A stretch of 64,000 nucleotides of DNA from an uncultured Methanosarcinaceae archaeon. GTDB lineage: Archaea; Halobacteriota; Methanosarcinia; Methanosarcinales; Methanosarcinaceae. The position numbers and the translations under genes were made by a program. Positions within the stretch are counted from its first letter, which is position 1. Each line of letters opens with the position of its first letter. The stretch is taken from the NCBI GenBank assembly GCA_963847185.1, contig CAWJYV010000008.1, positions 384,001 to 448,000 of the forward strand, in the 5' to 3' direction. The notes under the pieces were generated by a model. It was not told the DNA's origin. It saw only the letters and a program-made list of their open reading frames with translations, and made no database searches. Positions 11,988 to 22,844 of the stretch are shown piece by piece.

Positions 11988-12121
11988 ATCTTCCCGCAGT
12001 GCTCAAATGAGGTCCCTTTATTCCTTAATAATCCTGTTCCAGAAAATGTAAATAGAAATTCGTGTAAAAATTACATTTCTCGTCAAAAACTGAGAATAAA
12101 CCCGAATGCTTGGAGTTACTT

Positions 12122-12826
12122 ATGCCTGAAAAGAAACCAAAGAAATTAAATTTTCAGGACTTTCTACAGGAATATGACCTTCCTGACAACAGACATAATT
12201 TTGGCAGAATCTGGGCTCTCCTTAAGGAAGAGTATCCTGATGCAAAACCTTCTCTTAATTACAGTAATCCCCTGGAACTTCTTGTAGCAACCGTGCTTTC
12301 TGCCCAGTCTACAGATGTCCAGATTAACAGAGTAACCGAAAAATTATTTAAAAAATATAGAACTGCAGAAGATTACGCGAAAGCAGACCTCAGGGAACTT
12401 GAGAATGATGTTTATTCAACAGGCTTTTACAAAAATAAAGCAAAGAATATTCAGGCTGCTGCTCAATTGATTCTTGAGCGCTATAATGGAAAAGTTCCAC
12501 ATACTATGGAAGAACTGATTACTTTACCAGGAGTAGGAAGAAAGACTGCAAACATAGTGCTTTCCAGAGGATTTGGAGTAATAGAGGGTATTGCCGTAGA
12601 TACCCATGTGAAAAGAGTTTCAAGAAGAATGGGCTTAACAAAAAATGTCGATCCTGAGAGGATAGAACAGGATCTTATGGCACTTGCCCGAAAAGAAGAT
12701 CTGGATGTACTTTCCATGACACTAATATACCACGGGAGGAGGGTTTGCAGGGCGAGGCAACCCCGCTGTCCCTCATGTGTTGTGCGTCATCTCTGTCCTT
12801 CGAGTATTATATTTATGAATCCTTAA
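12122..12826 (+). CDS. nth: Endonuclease III
   Basis: LSAQSTD, HhH motif LPGVGRKTAN, VDTHV, and 4Fe-4S motif C-x6-C-x2-C-x5-C. Confidence 0.94.
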   Translation: MPEKKPKKLNFQDFLQEYDLPDNRHNFGRIWALLKEEYPDAKPSLNYSNPLELLVATVLSAQSTDVQINRVTEKLFKKYRTAEDYAKADLRELENDVYSTGFYKNKAKNIQAAAQLILERYNGKVPHTMEELITLPGVGRKTANIVLSRGFGVIEGIAVDTHVKRVSRRMGLTKNVDPERIEQDLMALARKEDLDVLSMTLIYHGRRVCRARQPRCPSCVVRHLCPSSIIFMNP

Positions 12827-12871
12827 TCTCTGTTTTTTCTGGAGGAAAATAGAAACTTTAATTCGAGAATC

Positions 12872-13177
12872 TCAGGCTTTTTTCTTGAATACTTTTCCAA
12901 AGCCTAAGCTGATTACCAGTACTGCAAGTGCTCCTACTCCAATTGCTAGGACTTCTCCGCTCTTCCCCATACCTTCAATTGAATAGTCAGGCATTGGAGA
13001 ACCTACTACAGGTTCCATCTCTTCAATCTGGGACATTTTTGATTCTTCAACTACTCCTCCAGCAGCACTTTCAAGCCCATCAGGATCTGGTGAGGCGAGA
13101 AATGGAGCTAGAACTGCGAGCAAAAGCGCAATTGCAATTCCAACATAAAAGAATTTCACGTTTGAATTCTTGCTCAT
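12872..13177 (-). CDS. PDGLE-domain ECF transporter component (NikN/CbiN-like)
   Basis: ASPDPDGLE motif, MPDY, two TM helices; overlaps the M-component stop by 4 nt. Confidence 0.88.
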   Translation of the reverse strand: MSKNSNVKFFYVGIAIALLLAVLAPFLASPDPDGLESAAGGVVEESKMSQIEEMEPVVGSPMPDYSIEGMGKSGEVLAIGVGALAVLVISLGFGKVFKKKA

Positions 13178-13839
13178 GCCCGCACCTCTTTTTTGGATTT
13201 CTCCGGTCTCGCACTGAAATCATCTTCAAGGAGGTCAGGACGGGATTTTGCAATAGCTGTGATTACAACTGTCGTGATCAGTCCTTCTCCGATAAAACCA
13301 ATTATCAGGTGATAGGTGCCCATGGCAACAAGGCCGGGAACAAGGGGAAAGGTTCCTGCAACCCACATCTGAATCGCGCAGACTATAGCTGAGGTTGAGA
13401 GCCCGAGCCAGGCGCCTCCGAAAGCTGCAATACTTGTGCCTACCATCTTTCGAAGGGATGCATAGGTATAATATCCTATAAATCCGGAAACAATCCCCAT
13501 ATTCAGGATATTTGCTCCCATGGTAGTGATTCCACCATCTCCAAAGGCAAACCCCTGCACAAGCAGCACCAGAGTCAGTACAAGAACTCCAGCCCACGGG
13601 CTTCCGAAAACGATAGCTACAAGAGTAGCTCCTACCATATGCCCGCTTGTTCCCATCCCTATAGGAATATTCATTGCCTGTATTGCAAAAATGCCAGCTG
13701 CAAGGGCTGCAAGAACAGGCACTTTCATCTCATCAAGCTCATTTTTTGCCCATCTCATTGACATTATTATAAATGGAAGAGCAATTGCCCAATAGATAAT
13801 CGCCTGTGTTATCGGTATAAATGAATCAGGTATATGCAT
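13174..13839 (-). CDS. cbiM: Ni/Co ECF transporter substrate component (NikM/CbiM)
   Basis: N-terminal MHIPD metal-binding motif, GTSGH, GDGGIT. Confidence 0.9.
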   Translation of the reverse strand: MHIPDSFIPITQAIIYWAIALPFIIMSMRWAKNELDEMKVPVLAALAAGIFAIQAMNIPIGMGTSGHMVGATLVAIVFGSPWAGVLVLTLVLLVQGFAFGDGGITTMGANILNMGIVSGFIGYYTYASLRKMVGTSIAAFGGAWLGLSTSAIVCAIQMWVAGTFPLVPGLVAMGTYHLIIGFIGEGLITTVVITAIAKSRPDLLEDDFSARPEKSKKEVRA

Positions 13840-14076
13840 TTTTTGTCTTCCTCTTTCCCTTTTTACACCCTATCTTTAGTCTTCACGTTTTTACTTTGAA
13901 CATTTAATTTACTATATTTTAGAGCATTCGTGAATGGATAAAATAACCTAAACCCAAAAATTATTGAGTGGTATTAATTTGCTTAAAATTCAGTTTATTA
14001 AGCAATTAACACTGTCCCTAATGTGCATTTTTGAACATATTTCTGAAAGATTCTCTGTATAATCTTAGATATTTCA

Positions 14077-14104
14077 GTATTACATATATACATTTTGGTA
14101 TTAC
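14077..14104. promoter_or_regulatory. Candidate NikR-type operator
   Basis: GTATTA-N16-TATTAC (two GTATTAC half-sites) upstream of the M component; same geometry as the NikR box GTATGA-N16-TCATAC. Confidence 0.5.
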
Positions 14105-14391
14105 TTTTTTCGAGTATTTTTTTTATTTGTATTTAATTCGCTATCCAGAATTCTATTTTTCAATCAAAAGAAATATTCTCATATTTCTCTCTAAGTCGAA
14201 TATCTCTTCACATCAGATTAATTGGTATTAACTCACAGAAATAATCATTTGATTTTCAAAGCCTGCTCCGCGTTCCCAAAATTTTTCTTTTTATTTTCAA
14301 ATAGGGAGATTTTTCACAAAATACGCTTAAATAATAAAATAGTTTCAAAAACTATATCTCTCAGTTCTTGAGGGTTCAGGCATCGGATATT

Positions 14392-15198
14392 TCAGATATA
14401 AAGATGGATATATAATATACAGCCCAAACTAATGAGCAAGAAAAAAACATCTGGAATCCTTATTTTTGTCCTATAATATGTTTTCTCGTGCCCACTCCCA
14501 TAGCCTCTGCAAAGCATGCTGATATATGTCCTCTCTCCCTGCTCGTATGAACGTATGAAAATTGCGCTCATGCTATTGCCTACCTGCTCAATGACCCATC
14601 GGCGGGGGACATTTTTATTCCATATATTGAAGAGCCTGGTCTGCTGCGCAATTCTTATCCTTTTGAGGACGGCCCAGAAAAGGAAAAGATAGCGTACCAT
14701 CATGCTGAGTAGAAGAGTGAATTCCCTGGGGATACCTATCCTGCCTGCTGCTGCAACCATATCTCTAAGGCGAGTAGTGGAAGAGAGGAGAATAACGGTT
14801 GTTATACATACAAGGAATTTCGCAAGCAGTGTGCTCCCGAAGGCAAGTCCTTCATATGTTATACTGAGCCCTAAAGGCAGATCCAGGGGGTAAGGAGTAA
14901 AATTTTCAATAAAGGAAGGCCTCAGGAAAGGCTGAATAAGGGCAATTCCAAGCCCGAAAGGCAAAATTGCAAGAATTCTAAGGAAAAAATATCTTAAATC
15001 CAGTCCGGCAGCGAGCACAAGAAACAGTAAATAAGCTTCTATGGAAAAAAGGCGAATCATGTTTTTTTCGTGAATTCTGGGAAGGCTCACTACATAAATG
15101 ATTATTGCAAGCGAAAAGAGCAATTTTACTCTGGGATCAAGCCGGTGTATGGGGCTGTTTTTGTATGACTCGCGTTCAATGTCTGTGAGGGTTACCAT
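14392..15198 (-). CDS. cbiQ: Ni/Co ECF transporter transmembrane component Q
   Basis: SPIHRLDPRVK, MVRY, FIRSYEQGER, MLCRGY. Confidence 0.9.
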   Translation of the reverse strand: MVTLTDIERESYKNSPIHRLDPRVKLLFSLAIIIYVVSLPRIHEKNMIRLFSIEAYLLFLVLAAGLDLRYFFLRILAILPFGLGIALIQPFLRPSFIENFTPYPLDLPLGLSITYEGLAFGSTLLAKFLVCITTVILLSSTTRLRDMVAAAGRIGIPREFTLLLSMMVRYLFLFWAVLKRIRIAQQTRLFNIWNKNVPRRWVIEQVGNSMSAIFIRSYEQGERTYISMLCRGYGSGHEKTYYRTKIRIPDVFFLLISLGCILYIHLYI

Positions 15199-15232
15199 TT
15201 AATGTTCTCCTGTCAGGAGCCTTCTTTCCGGC

Positions 15233-16216
15233 TTACTCAGTCCCTGCTTTTTGCTGTCTGGAGCTTATAAGCCTCAGGATTTCATCTCTGGCTGTTTCCG
15301 CTGTTATCTGTATGTTTACATCAAGCCCTTCCTGCTGGAGCATTTCGAATACTTCTGCCACTCTTGGAAGTCTAAGGTGAGCTTTCCTGAGAAGCTCGGG
15401 GTCATTGAAAATTTCATCTGGACTTCCATCAGCTTCAAGTCTTCCGTGGTGGAGCACAAAAACTCTTTCCGCAAAATAAGGAACAACATCAACATCATGT
15501 GTTGAAAGAAGCAGAGTGATTCCAAGTTCTCTGTTCATTTTCATAATAAGCTCCAGGATACGGACAGAACTCAGAGGATCGAGGCCTGCTGTTGGCTCGT
15601 CAAGCACGATAACTTCAGGACGCATGGCAAGGATACCTGCAATTGCCACAAGTTTCTTCTGTCCTCCACTCAGGTGGTGAGGGGCTCTTTCTTCAAAACC
15701 AGTGAGTCCTACCATTTCAAGAGCTTCTTTAACTCTTGTTTCGACTTCTTTTCTGGATAAGCCCATGTTTATAGGCCCAAAAGCGATATCTTCTTCTACG
15801 CTGGGGGCAAGTACTTGATCATCAGGATCTTGAAAGACAATTCCAACCGTTTCCCTGCAGGTCCTGATGTTTTTTTTAGTGATGGTTTCTCCCTTTACTA
15901 CAACTTCCCCTGAATGAGGCCGCAGGATTCCATTAAGATGCTTAAATAAAGTAGATTTTCCAGCCCCATTAGCTCCAAGAACCGCAACTCTTTCTCCTTT
16001 GAACACTTTCAGATTGATTTTGTCCAGAGCGTTTGAATCAAGGTGAGGATATCTATAGCAAAGGTCTTTGACTTCAACGATAGGGATGCTATTTCTTTCA
16101 GAGGCTCTGTCTGCTTCTTCAAAGCTAAGCTCTGTCTTAAGGCTATTCTTGCCCGTTATTTCTTTCTGGATATTTGTTGATTCTTTAGAGTTATGTGGGG
16201 GATTTGATATACTCAT
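15233..16216 (-). CDS. cbiO: Ni/Co ECF transporter ATPase
   Basis: GANGAGKST, FQDPDDQ, LSGGQ, LDEPTAGLD; start uncertain (ORF extends to 16255). Confidence 0.9.
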   Translation of the reverse strand: MSISNPPHNSKESTNIQKEITGKNSLKTELSFEEADRASERNSIPIVEVKDLCYRYPHLDSNALDKINLKVFKGERVAVLGANGAGKSTLFKHLNGILRPHSGEVVVKGETITKKNIRTCRETVGIVFQDPDDQVLAPSVEEDIAFGPINMGLSRKEVETRVKEALEMVGLTGFEERAPHHLSGGQKKLVAIAGILAMRPEVIVLDEPTAGLDPLSSVRILELIMKMNRELGITLLLSTHDVDVVPYFAERVFVLHHGRLEADGSPDEIFNDPELLRKAHLRLPRVAEVFEMLQQEGLDVNIQITAETARDEILRLISSRQQKAGTE

Positions 16217-16465
16217 ACTTGAAAACGTCCTGCATGAAGGTCCGTGTTTAAACACTGAATACTATTTTTTTCAAAAACAGTGTTACACCTAATGAAGTTA
16301 TCTGTTTTATGTGTTATGGTTTTTGTTTTATATTTTTTACATTCTATCTAAGTGATTCAAATTTTCGGTTCGTTTATTCTCTATGCTTTCACTTTTATTG
16401 TTCCAGAGTTTGAGAAATAATGTTTGAGAGATAATTATACAAATCTTCCCGACCTATTTTTTTTG

Positions 16466-17563
16466 ATGCAGCGTGTTGTCCTCCATGTAGATATGGATTA
16501 TTTTTTTGCAGCTATCGAAGAGAGGGAAAATCCGGACCTTAAGGGAAAAGCAGTCGTTGTCTGCATGCTCTCTGGAAGAAGTGAGCTCAGCGGCGCTGTA
16601 AGCAGCTGCAACTATGTAGCGCGAGAATTTGGTATAAGGTCGGGTATGCCCTGTACGAGGGCAAAAAAGCTGAATCGTGAGGCTGTCTTCTTGCCTGTCA
16701 GGAAGGGTTTTTACACTCCAATCTCGAACAGGATCATGGAAATTCTTCGGAGTTATTCGGATGTTGGGGAAAACGGGGACGCTTTTGAGCAGGTCAGCAT
16801 TGATGAAGCATTTGTGGAAATTACCGAGAAGGCAGATGGAGACTTTAATCTGGCTTTTGAACTTGGGATGCAGATCAAGGAGGAAATAAAGGAAAAAGAA
16901 AAATTGACGTGCTCTGTTGGAATAGGGCCTAACAAACTTATTTCCAAGATGGCTTCCTCTGTCAAGAAACCAGATGGGATTACAATCATAAGCCCGAGTG
17001 AGCTTGAAAACTTTCTCTGGCCACTTAAAGTGTCCAAACTCTGGGGAATAGGGGACGTAACTGCAGGAAAACTACAGGAAATGGGCATAGTTACAGTAAA
17101 AGATCTTGCCGAACATGATGTAATTGACCTTGTTTCCACATTCGGAAAAGCTCGAGGCATCTGGCTCAAGAATGCGGCAGCAGGAGTCGACGAATCCCCC
17201 ATAAAAGAAAGAGAAGGTTCCGAACAGATAGGAAGGATCGCAACATTGCCTGAGGATACCCTTGACATTGAGCTTATTTCTCCGTTACTTGAAAGGCTGG
17301 CCGAAGACGTAATCTCAAAACTGAATTCGAGAGAGCTTTCCTTCAAAAACGTAACTATCACGGCCATAAATTCAAACTTCAGGATGTATACTAAAAGCCG
17401 TAAATTAAACCATCCCGTTTATTCAAAGGAAATTCTCCTGGATGTCGCTCATGAAATTATGAACGAATTCCTCTCCGAGGCCAAGATGAATTTCCGGCGG
17501 ATAGGAGTTAGGGTAGGAGAGCTTCAGATAAGAAAAGGTCAGAAAAGCCTTTTTGATTATTGA
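16466..17563 (+). CDS. dinB: Y-family DNA polymerase IV
   Basis: LHVDMDYFFAAIE, NYVAREFGI, SIDEAF, KKPDG; C-terminal PIP-like QKSLFDY. Confidence 0.94.
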   Translation: MQRVVLHVDMDYFFAAIEERENPDLKGKAVVVCMLSGRSELSGAVSSCNYVAREFGIRSGMPCTRAKKLNREAVFLPVRKGFYTPISNRIMEILRSYSDVGENGDAFEQVSIDEAFVEITEKADGDFNLAFELGMQIKEEIKEKEKLTCSVGIGPNKLISKMASSVKKPDGITIISPSELENFLWPLKVSKLWGIGDVTAGKLQEMGIVTVKDLAEHDVIDLVSTFGKARGIWLKNAAAGVDESPIKEREGSEQIGRIATLPEDTLDIELISPLLERLAEDVISKLNSRELSFKNVTITAINSNFRMYTKSRKLNHPVYSKEILLDVAHEIMNEFLSEAKMNFRRIGVRVGELQIRKGQKSLFDY

Positions 17564-17623
17564 ATCTGACCTACTTCTAATCATATTATAGATAGACTGT
17601 AATACTTTTAGAAAAGAAAATGG

Positions 17624-19527
17624 TTAAATAAATTTAACAAGCGGACATACTTCTATACATGCTCCGCAGTGAATGCAGTTTTCTTTGATCCTTACCTTCT
17701 TTTCTTTCATTTCAATAGCACTATGCTCACAGTGACCTACACAAATCCCGCATCCCTGGCAGAGCAGAGCCCTTCTAACTGAGAATTCAACCATTCTCAT
17801 GAGCTTTTTCAGCACCTTTTCGTTTTCACTTCTTCCATTCACATTTCCTGATGCAAAAATCTGAGCTCTGGACTCTCCGAAGGAAACAGATGCAGCTCCT
17901 TCTATAAAAGAGACCTTTCCTATCGAGTAAAGCATTCCGCTTTCTTCCAAAGTTTCTATATCTATTGCCTGGCCGAAACTTCCGTCTGCAGATATCCCTC
18001 CTGCTTTACAGGGCCTGTATCCAGTTGCGACTTCAAAATGAAGCTCCTTTGGAGCTTCTTGATTCGGAAGCAGGGAAATTCCTTTTTTCTCCGCAAGTTC
18101 CTGAAGTACTTTTGGATATCGTTTATATCGCCATAAGCCGTACTTTACCCACTCAGGAGAAAGCCCCATTTTTTCTGCGTAGGCAAGTAAATGATTATTG
18201 AGCTTTTTCGCAAGTTCAGGATGACTTTCCTCAAGCTGGAAAAAGTCGGCAAGGGAGGAAGAAGGGCAGAGCCAGCATCCCATCCGATCATATCCTTTCT
18301 CATAAGCCGGATTGTAAGGAGTTTTTGTCCTGAAAAGGTAGAGCCAGATATGAAGTGCGGTCCATTCCTGTATAGGGGAAGCCCCTACCTGATTTCCTAC
18401 CCAGGGGTTTTTCCATACCTTTTTGCTGATTGAGCGGGCATGGGATTCGTACTGACGCTGTCCTATGAAACTCAGACAGCCCCCTTCGTAGTTTTCATCA
18501 ATTAAACGGGTAATTGGTCCGAGTTTGCAGATCTTGCAACACCAGCGGGTATCCATGGTCGGAGGGCCAAAAACGCCTATGGATTCCCAGAAAGAATCTC
18601 CTGAACTTGAAATTTTTACTTTTTTCCCATAATATTCGGCAACATTTTTGACATTTTCAAGAGTCTCAGGGAATTCAAGCCCGGTATCGGCAAACATTAT
18701 CTCGTAATCCTCCAGAGTTTCATCAACCAGCTGGAGCACTGCAAGGCTGTCTTTTCCCCCTGAATATGATACGCTTACCTTCATGTCCATGCTGTCTGCG
18801 ACATTTTTAATGAACATATGGGAGTTTTCTATCATTCTATTCAGGATTTGCTCGTTGGCTTTTACGGCATCATCCCAGCTCTGTCCTCCACTCTGGGTTT
18901 TTGAGGCTTCGGCTCTCCACTCCAGCGGGGTTTTACTGCATTCCCTCGCTGTTCTTCACACATTTCCTTTCCTGTCATGCGGGCACGGCCGCAGCAGATT
19001 ACTTCTCCGACAGGATTCAGGACAACAACTTCGTCTTCTTTCTGGATGGCTGGGTCTGCTTCAAGAATGCCTGGGGCCAGAACACTTGCTCCTTTTTTAA
19101 TTATGAAAGGTACGACTGCCTCCTCAATAACAACCCATTTCTTCAGGTCCTTTCTGTCTCTGCCCTGGAAAATTCTTCTTGCCCCTTCGAGCCTTGGGAG
19201 CAGGACCCATTCACAACTCTCTATTTCGAATCTGAGAGATGCAAGGACTTCCCCATCAACTATAATCTCATCCATCCTGTCTTCATATGGGGCTTTATTC
19301 AGTACTACAAGGTGCCCATCGGGTATGAGGGAAGCATTAAACTGTTTTTGAGAAACAGAATTTATGCGCTTTATGTCATAGTCAAAAGCAGGGCGAATAT
19401 CCCCTGGAGGAGTAACCTCTACTTTTCTTGTATTTTTTCCGCATCCGCACTGTTTTCCAAGCACAGGCACATTACAGGCCTCGCACCAGTGCAGGTGCAT
19501 TTTGCCAAGGTATGCTGGTCTGGACAT
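17624..19527 (-). pseudogene. Zn-ribbon/PUA + PAPS-reductase-like + 4Fe-4S dicluster protein, split by one frameshift (real pseudogene or sequence error)
   Basis: ORF 18862-19527 (CxxC, PUA) joins ORF 17624-18835 (SYSGGKDS, RWCC, RMGCWLCP, two CxxCxxCxxxC) if one A is added to the A5 run at 18898-18902, giving KTQSGGQSWDDAVKANEQILNRMIENS. Confidence 0.82.
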
Positions 19528-19730
19528 GTCACGCAGATTGAGAGATGTTCACCTTTAAAAGGGTTTGGCTTTTCCTCAGCTTTTTCTGACTCCCCTAAAT
19601 AAGTATCTGAGTACACGTGCCCTATAACCGCTTCTCTTTAAAGCACCTCCCGATCTTCAAGACACCTCTTGAAATCAATAATAACATAATTATATAAGCT
19701 AAAATTCAAAATATCAGTTGGGGGAATTTC

Positions 19731-20018
19731 ATGGTAGTCATAAAAGAAATCGACTCCGCTGGATTTGGAAAAATCCTTACAATCCTTTACGGGACAATGG
19801 GTTTCGTTTTCGGATTTTTTACAACAATCGCTGCTCTTATGGGGATCTCGATACCAAATAGGTTCGGGATCTTTTCCTTGATTTTCGGAAAATGGGCTGT
19901 ATTGAGCCTTCCTGTATTTTATGGAGTTTCGGGTTACATCATAGGACGTATCGCAGCTAGCCTGTATAATGTAGCAGTGGGCTCAAAAAAAGGTCTCAGA
20001 GTAGAGACTTTGCGCTGA
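19731..20018 (+). CDS. Small two-TM membrane protein (DUF3566-like)
   Basis: GGGGG RBS-like site upstream, two hydrophobic helices, LYN...GLRVE tail. Confidence 0.65.
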   Translation: MVVIKEIDSAGFGKILTILYGTMGFVFGFFTTIAALMGISIPNRFGIFSLIFGKWAVLSLPVFYGVSGYIIGRIAASLYNVAVGSKKGLRVETLR

Positions 20019-20033
20019 TTTCAGTTTGCCGAT

Positions 20034-20852
20034 TCACAGAAACTTTGACAAAAGAGATGGTTCTGAAATACACTGTTCTGAAAAGTTACATTCTTTACAG
20101 AATTTCTCTTCTTTTTTTTCGGGCATGAGTCCAGATTTTATTTTTTCCACGCGTCTGCAGATCTGGAGGACTTCTCGTCTATCTGAACTTCGAATAATTA
20201 CTCTCCTGAGCAGGCCGAAACTTACATACTCCACAAAGGCAAATGGGACTTCTTTTCCACTTTCGGCTTCAAGAAGAAGAACAAGGGCCGCGGCATGCAA
20301 CCTATCCGAAGCCCAGACCCCCTGTTCAGGACACTTTCCGGGTTTCAAAATTGAGGGAACTTGTACACCTTCGAAACAAACAAGTTTGGATGGAACACCT
20401 TTCAGGTTAAGTCTTTTTGAAGAAAGAAAAGGCTCGGTTTTGATAGGGGTGAGTGCGGCAAGTATAGGTTCTTTCCCATATTCTTCAACTGCTTTGAGAA
20501 GGTTAGATGTTATTTCGGGAATTTTAGCTCTTGCCCGCGCCTCAGCTTCATCATATATTTCCTTTCCAATACTGGCAAATACTGCAGGAAACAGAATCGG
20601 AAGGTCTATACACCTCTGGACAAGGGAAGCTTCAAGCTCTTTAAAGAGGTTATCGGCATTTAACGAACACACTTTCACGATTTCAGGGTATGTCAGGGAG
20701 AGTTCTTTCAGGACTATGCTTTCGAGTCTTTGTTCATTTATTTCTGGAAACAGTTCAAATCCTCTGCTAACAAAATATACCTTTCTCGGGCACTTGATAT
20801 AGAGAAGGAGATCTGAAACATTTACTTCGGGATTCTGTGACTCAGCAGACAT
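20034..20852 (-). CDS. Solo Cas4/Dna2-like Fe-S protein
   Basis: VSDLLLYIKCPRKVYF N-terminal Cys plus C-terminal CKECNFSEQC (split four-Cys Fe-S site); no cas genes or array nearby. Confidence 0.8.
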   Translation of the reverse strand: MSAESQNPEVNVSDLLLYIKCPRKVYFVSRGFELFPEINEQRLESIVLKELSLTYPEIVKVCSLNADNLFKELEASLVQRCIDLPILFPAVFASIGKEIYDEAEARARAKIPEITSNLLKAVEEYGKEPILAALTPIKTEPFLSSKRLNLKGVPSKLVCFEGVQVPSILKPGKCPEQGVWASDRLHAAALVLLLEAESGKEVPFAFVEYVSFGLLRRVIIRSSDRREVLQICRRVEKIKSGLMPEKKEEKFCKECNFSEQCISEPSLLSKFL

Positions 20853-20991
20853 TTGATACTAATTTCTTTTGCAAAGTTTATAAATTTTTTCCAGATGATT
20901 TCGATGTAACTCGATATTACTATTCTGCGACAATTGCCGAACTCGCATTCGTTAAATATATATGTGAATATTTCATCTTAGAGTACAGGTC

Positions 20992-21732
20992 ATGACATCC
21001 GATGAATCATCAGAAAATCTGCGCAACCGCCTGGCGGAAAAAATGGCTGGAGATATCACCCTTTCGGAAAAACCGGGAGAGTCACTTAAAAAGTGGAGGT
21101 TAAACTTCGAGATATCCCAGACAGATATTGCAAATTACCTGAAAGTTTCCCCTTCCGTTATCAGTGATTATGAAAGTGGGAGACGAAAGTCTCCAGGAAC
21201 TTTGATTATCAAGAAGATTGTGGAATCTCTTCTTGAAATTGATATAGAGCGGGGAAGCAAGAAAATTCACGCTTACGAGTCAATACTTAACGCCGAAAGT
21301 AGTACAAAGTCCATCTACTCAACATACGAGTATACACTCCCCATACAGATTGCAAAATTGGTCAATCTTATCGATGGAGAAATTGTTTACAAAGGAGTTG
21401 AAAAGCCTCTTTATGGCTTCTCTATAGTGGATAGCCAGAGAGCGATTCTGGAACTTTCCTCCCACGAGTTTCAGAAACTCTACGGCTGGAGCACAGACAG
21501 GGCCATGATCTTTACGAAGGTAAGTACCGGAAAATCCCCCCTGGTAGCCATCAGGGTTACCAATCTTAAACCCGGGGCCGTGGTGTTGCACGGGCTTCGA
21601 AAAGAAGAGGTCGAACCTGTTGCAGTCAAGATGGCGGAAGTTGACCGTATACCCCTGGTCGCGACTACAATGGACCTCGACCAGATTGTCCAGCTACTGA
21701 GAAAATACAGTCAATACTATGCAAGGGAATAA
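20992..21732 (+). CDS. Cro/C1-type HTH transcriptional regulator (conserved archaeal)
   Basis: [16 protein letters not shown]...[20 protein letters not shown]; [17 protein letters not shown]-domain. Confidence 0.85.
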   Translation: MTSDESSENLRNRLAEKMAGDITLSEKPGESLKKWRLNFEISQTDIANYLKVSPSVISDYESGRRKSPGTLIIKKIVESLLEIDIERGSKKIHAYESILNAESSTKSIYSTYEYTLPIQIAKLVNLIDGEIVYKGVEKPLYGFSIVDSQRAILELSSHEFQKLYGWSTDRAMIFTKVSTGKSPLVAIRVTNLKPGAVVLHGLRKEEVEPVAVKMAEVDRIPLVATTMDLDQIVQLLRKYSQYYARE

Positions 21733-21778
21733 TCTTCTGGAAACTGATGCCCTGAAACTATTAAAAACAGGTGAAAAT

Positions 21779-22828
21779 ATGACTATTGGAATAGTATCTT
21801 ACGGTGCTTATGTTCCGAAGTACCGTATAAAAATTGAGGAAATCGCCAAGCTCTGGGGTGACGACGCAGAAGCTCTTAAGAATGGCCTTATGGTGTATGA
21901 GAAATCCGTTCCTGACGTCGATGAAGACGCAGCAACCATAGCTGTGGAGGCAGCAAGATCTGCAATGGTAAGAAGCGGGGTAGACCCCCGAAGAATCGGG
22001 GCAGTATATACTGGTTCGGAGAGTCATCCTTATGCTGTAAAGCCAACAAGTACGATTGTCGCTCAGGCAATTGGAGCAACCCCCGAAATGACTGCAGCGG
22101 ACTTTGAGTTTGCCTGCAAGGCCGGAACAGCTGCAGTTCAGGCCTGCATGGGATTGGTGGGTTCAGGGATGGTCGATCTAGGTCTGGCCATAGGAGCAGA
22201 TGTTTCCCAGGGAGCTCCAAGTGACGCTCTTGAGTATACTGCGGCTGCAGGCGGAGTTGCTTGCCTTATCGGAAGAAAAGAATCCGAGCTTGCCGCAATC
22301 ATTGAGGACACTTATTCTTTTACGACTGATACCCCTGATTTCTGGAGAAGGGAGGGAATGCCCTATCCTGAGCATGGAGGCCGCTTTACTGGAGAGCCAG
22401 GCTACTTCAAACACGTAACCCATGGTGCAAAAGGTCTTCTGAAGAAACTCGGGACAAAGCCTGAAGATTATGATTATGCGGTTTTCCACCAGCCAAACGG
22501 AAAATTCCCAAGCAAAGTTGCAAAAATGCTAGGTTTCACCAAAGCGCAGATTACTCCCGGGCTTGTGGTTCCTAAGATAGGGAATACCTATTCAGGGTCC
22601 TGCCTTATGGGGATTGCTGCAACCCTGGATCAGGCAAAGCCAGGAGACAGGATCTTCGCAACTGCCTTCGGGTCAGGAGCAGGGGCTGATGCTTTCAGCA
22701 TAACAGTTACAGACAGGATCGAGGAAATCCGAAACAAGGCTCCGACGGTTTCCGAATTAATCAAAGATCCTGTATTTATCGACTACGCAAAGTATGCCAG
22801 GCATAAAGGCAAAATCCGTCTGGCCTGA
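21779..22828 (+). CDS. Archaeal hydroxymethylglutaryl-CoA synthase
   Basis: [18 protein letters not shown] catalytic Cys, [16 protein letters not shown]; GGTGA RBS. Confidence 0.95.
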   Translation: MTIGIVSYGAYVPKYRIKIEEIAKLWGDDAEALKNGLMVYEKSVPDVDEDAATIAVEAARSAMVRSGVDPRRIGAVYTGSESHPYAVKPTSTIVAQAIGATPEMTAADFEFACKAGTAAVQACMGLVGSGMVDLGLAIGADVSQGAPSDALEYTAAAGGVACLIGRKESELAAIIEDTYSFTTDTPDFWRREGMPYPEHGGRFTGEPGYFKHVTHGAKGLLKKLGTKPEDYDYAVFHQPNGKFPSKVAKMLGFTKAQITPGLVVPKIGNTYSGSCLMGIAATLDQAKPGDRIFATAFGSGAGADAFSITVTDRIEEIRNKAPTVSELIKDPVFIDYAKYARHKGKIRLA

Positions 22829-22844
22829 AAACGGGGTGAATATA

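Noticed and set aside
20026-20802. 258-aa plus-strand ORF, and similar long antisense ORFs over gpmI, dinB, thiolase, cadA and metG
   Set aside because: Fully overlap well-supported genes on the opposite strand and have no motifs
20034-20852. cas4 as evidence of a CRISPR-Cas locus
   Set aside because: No cas1, cas2, effector genes or array in the window
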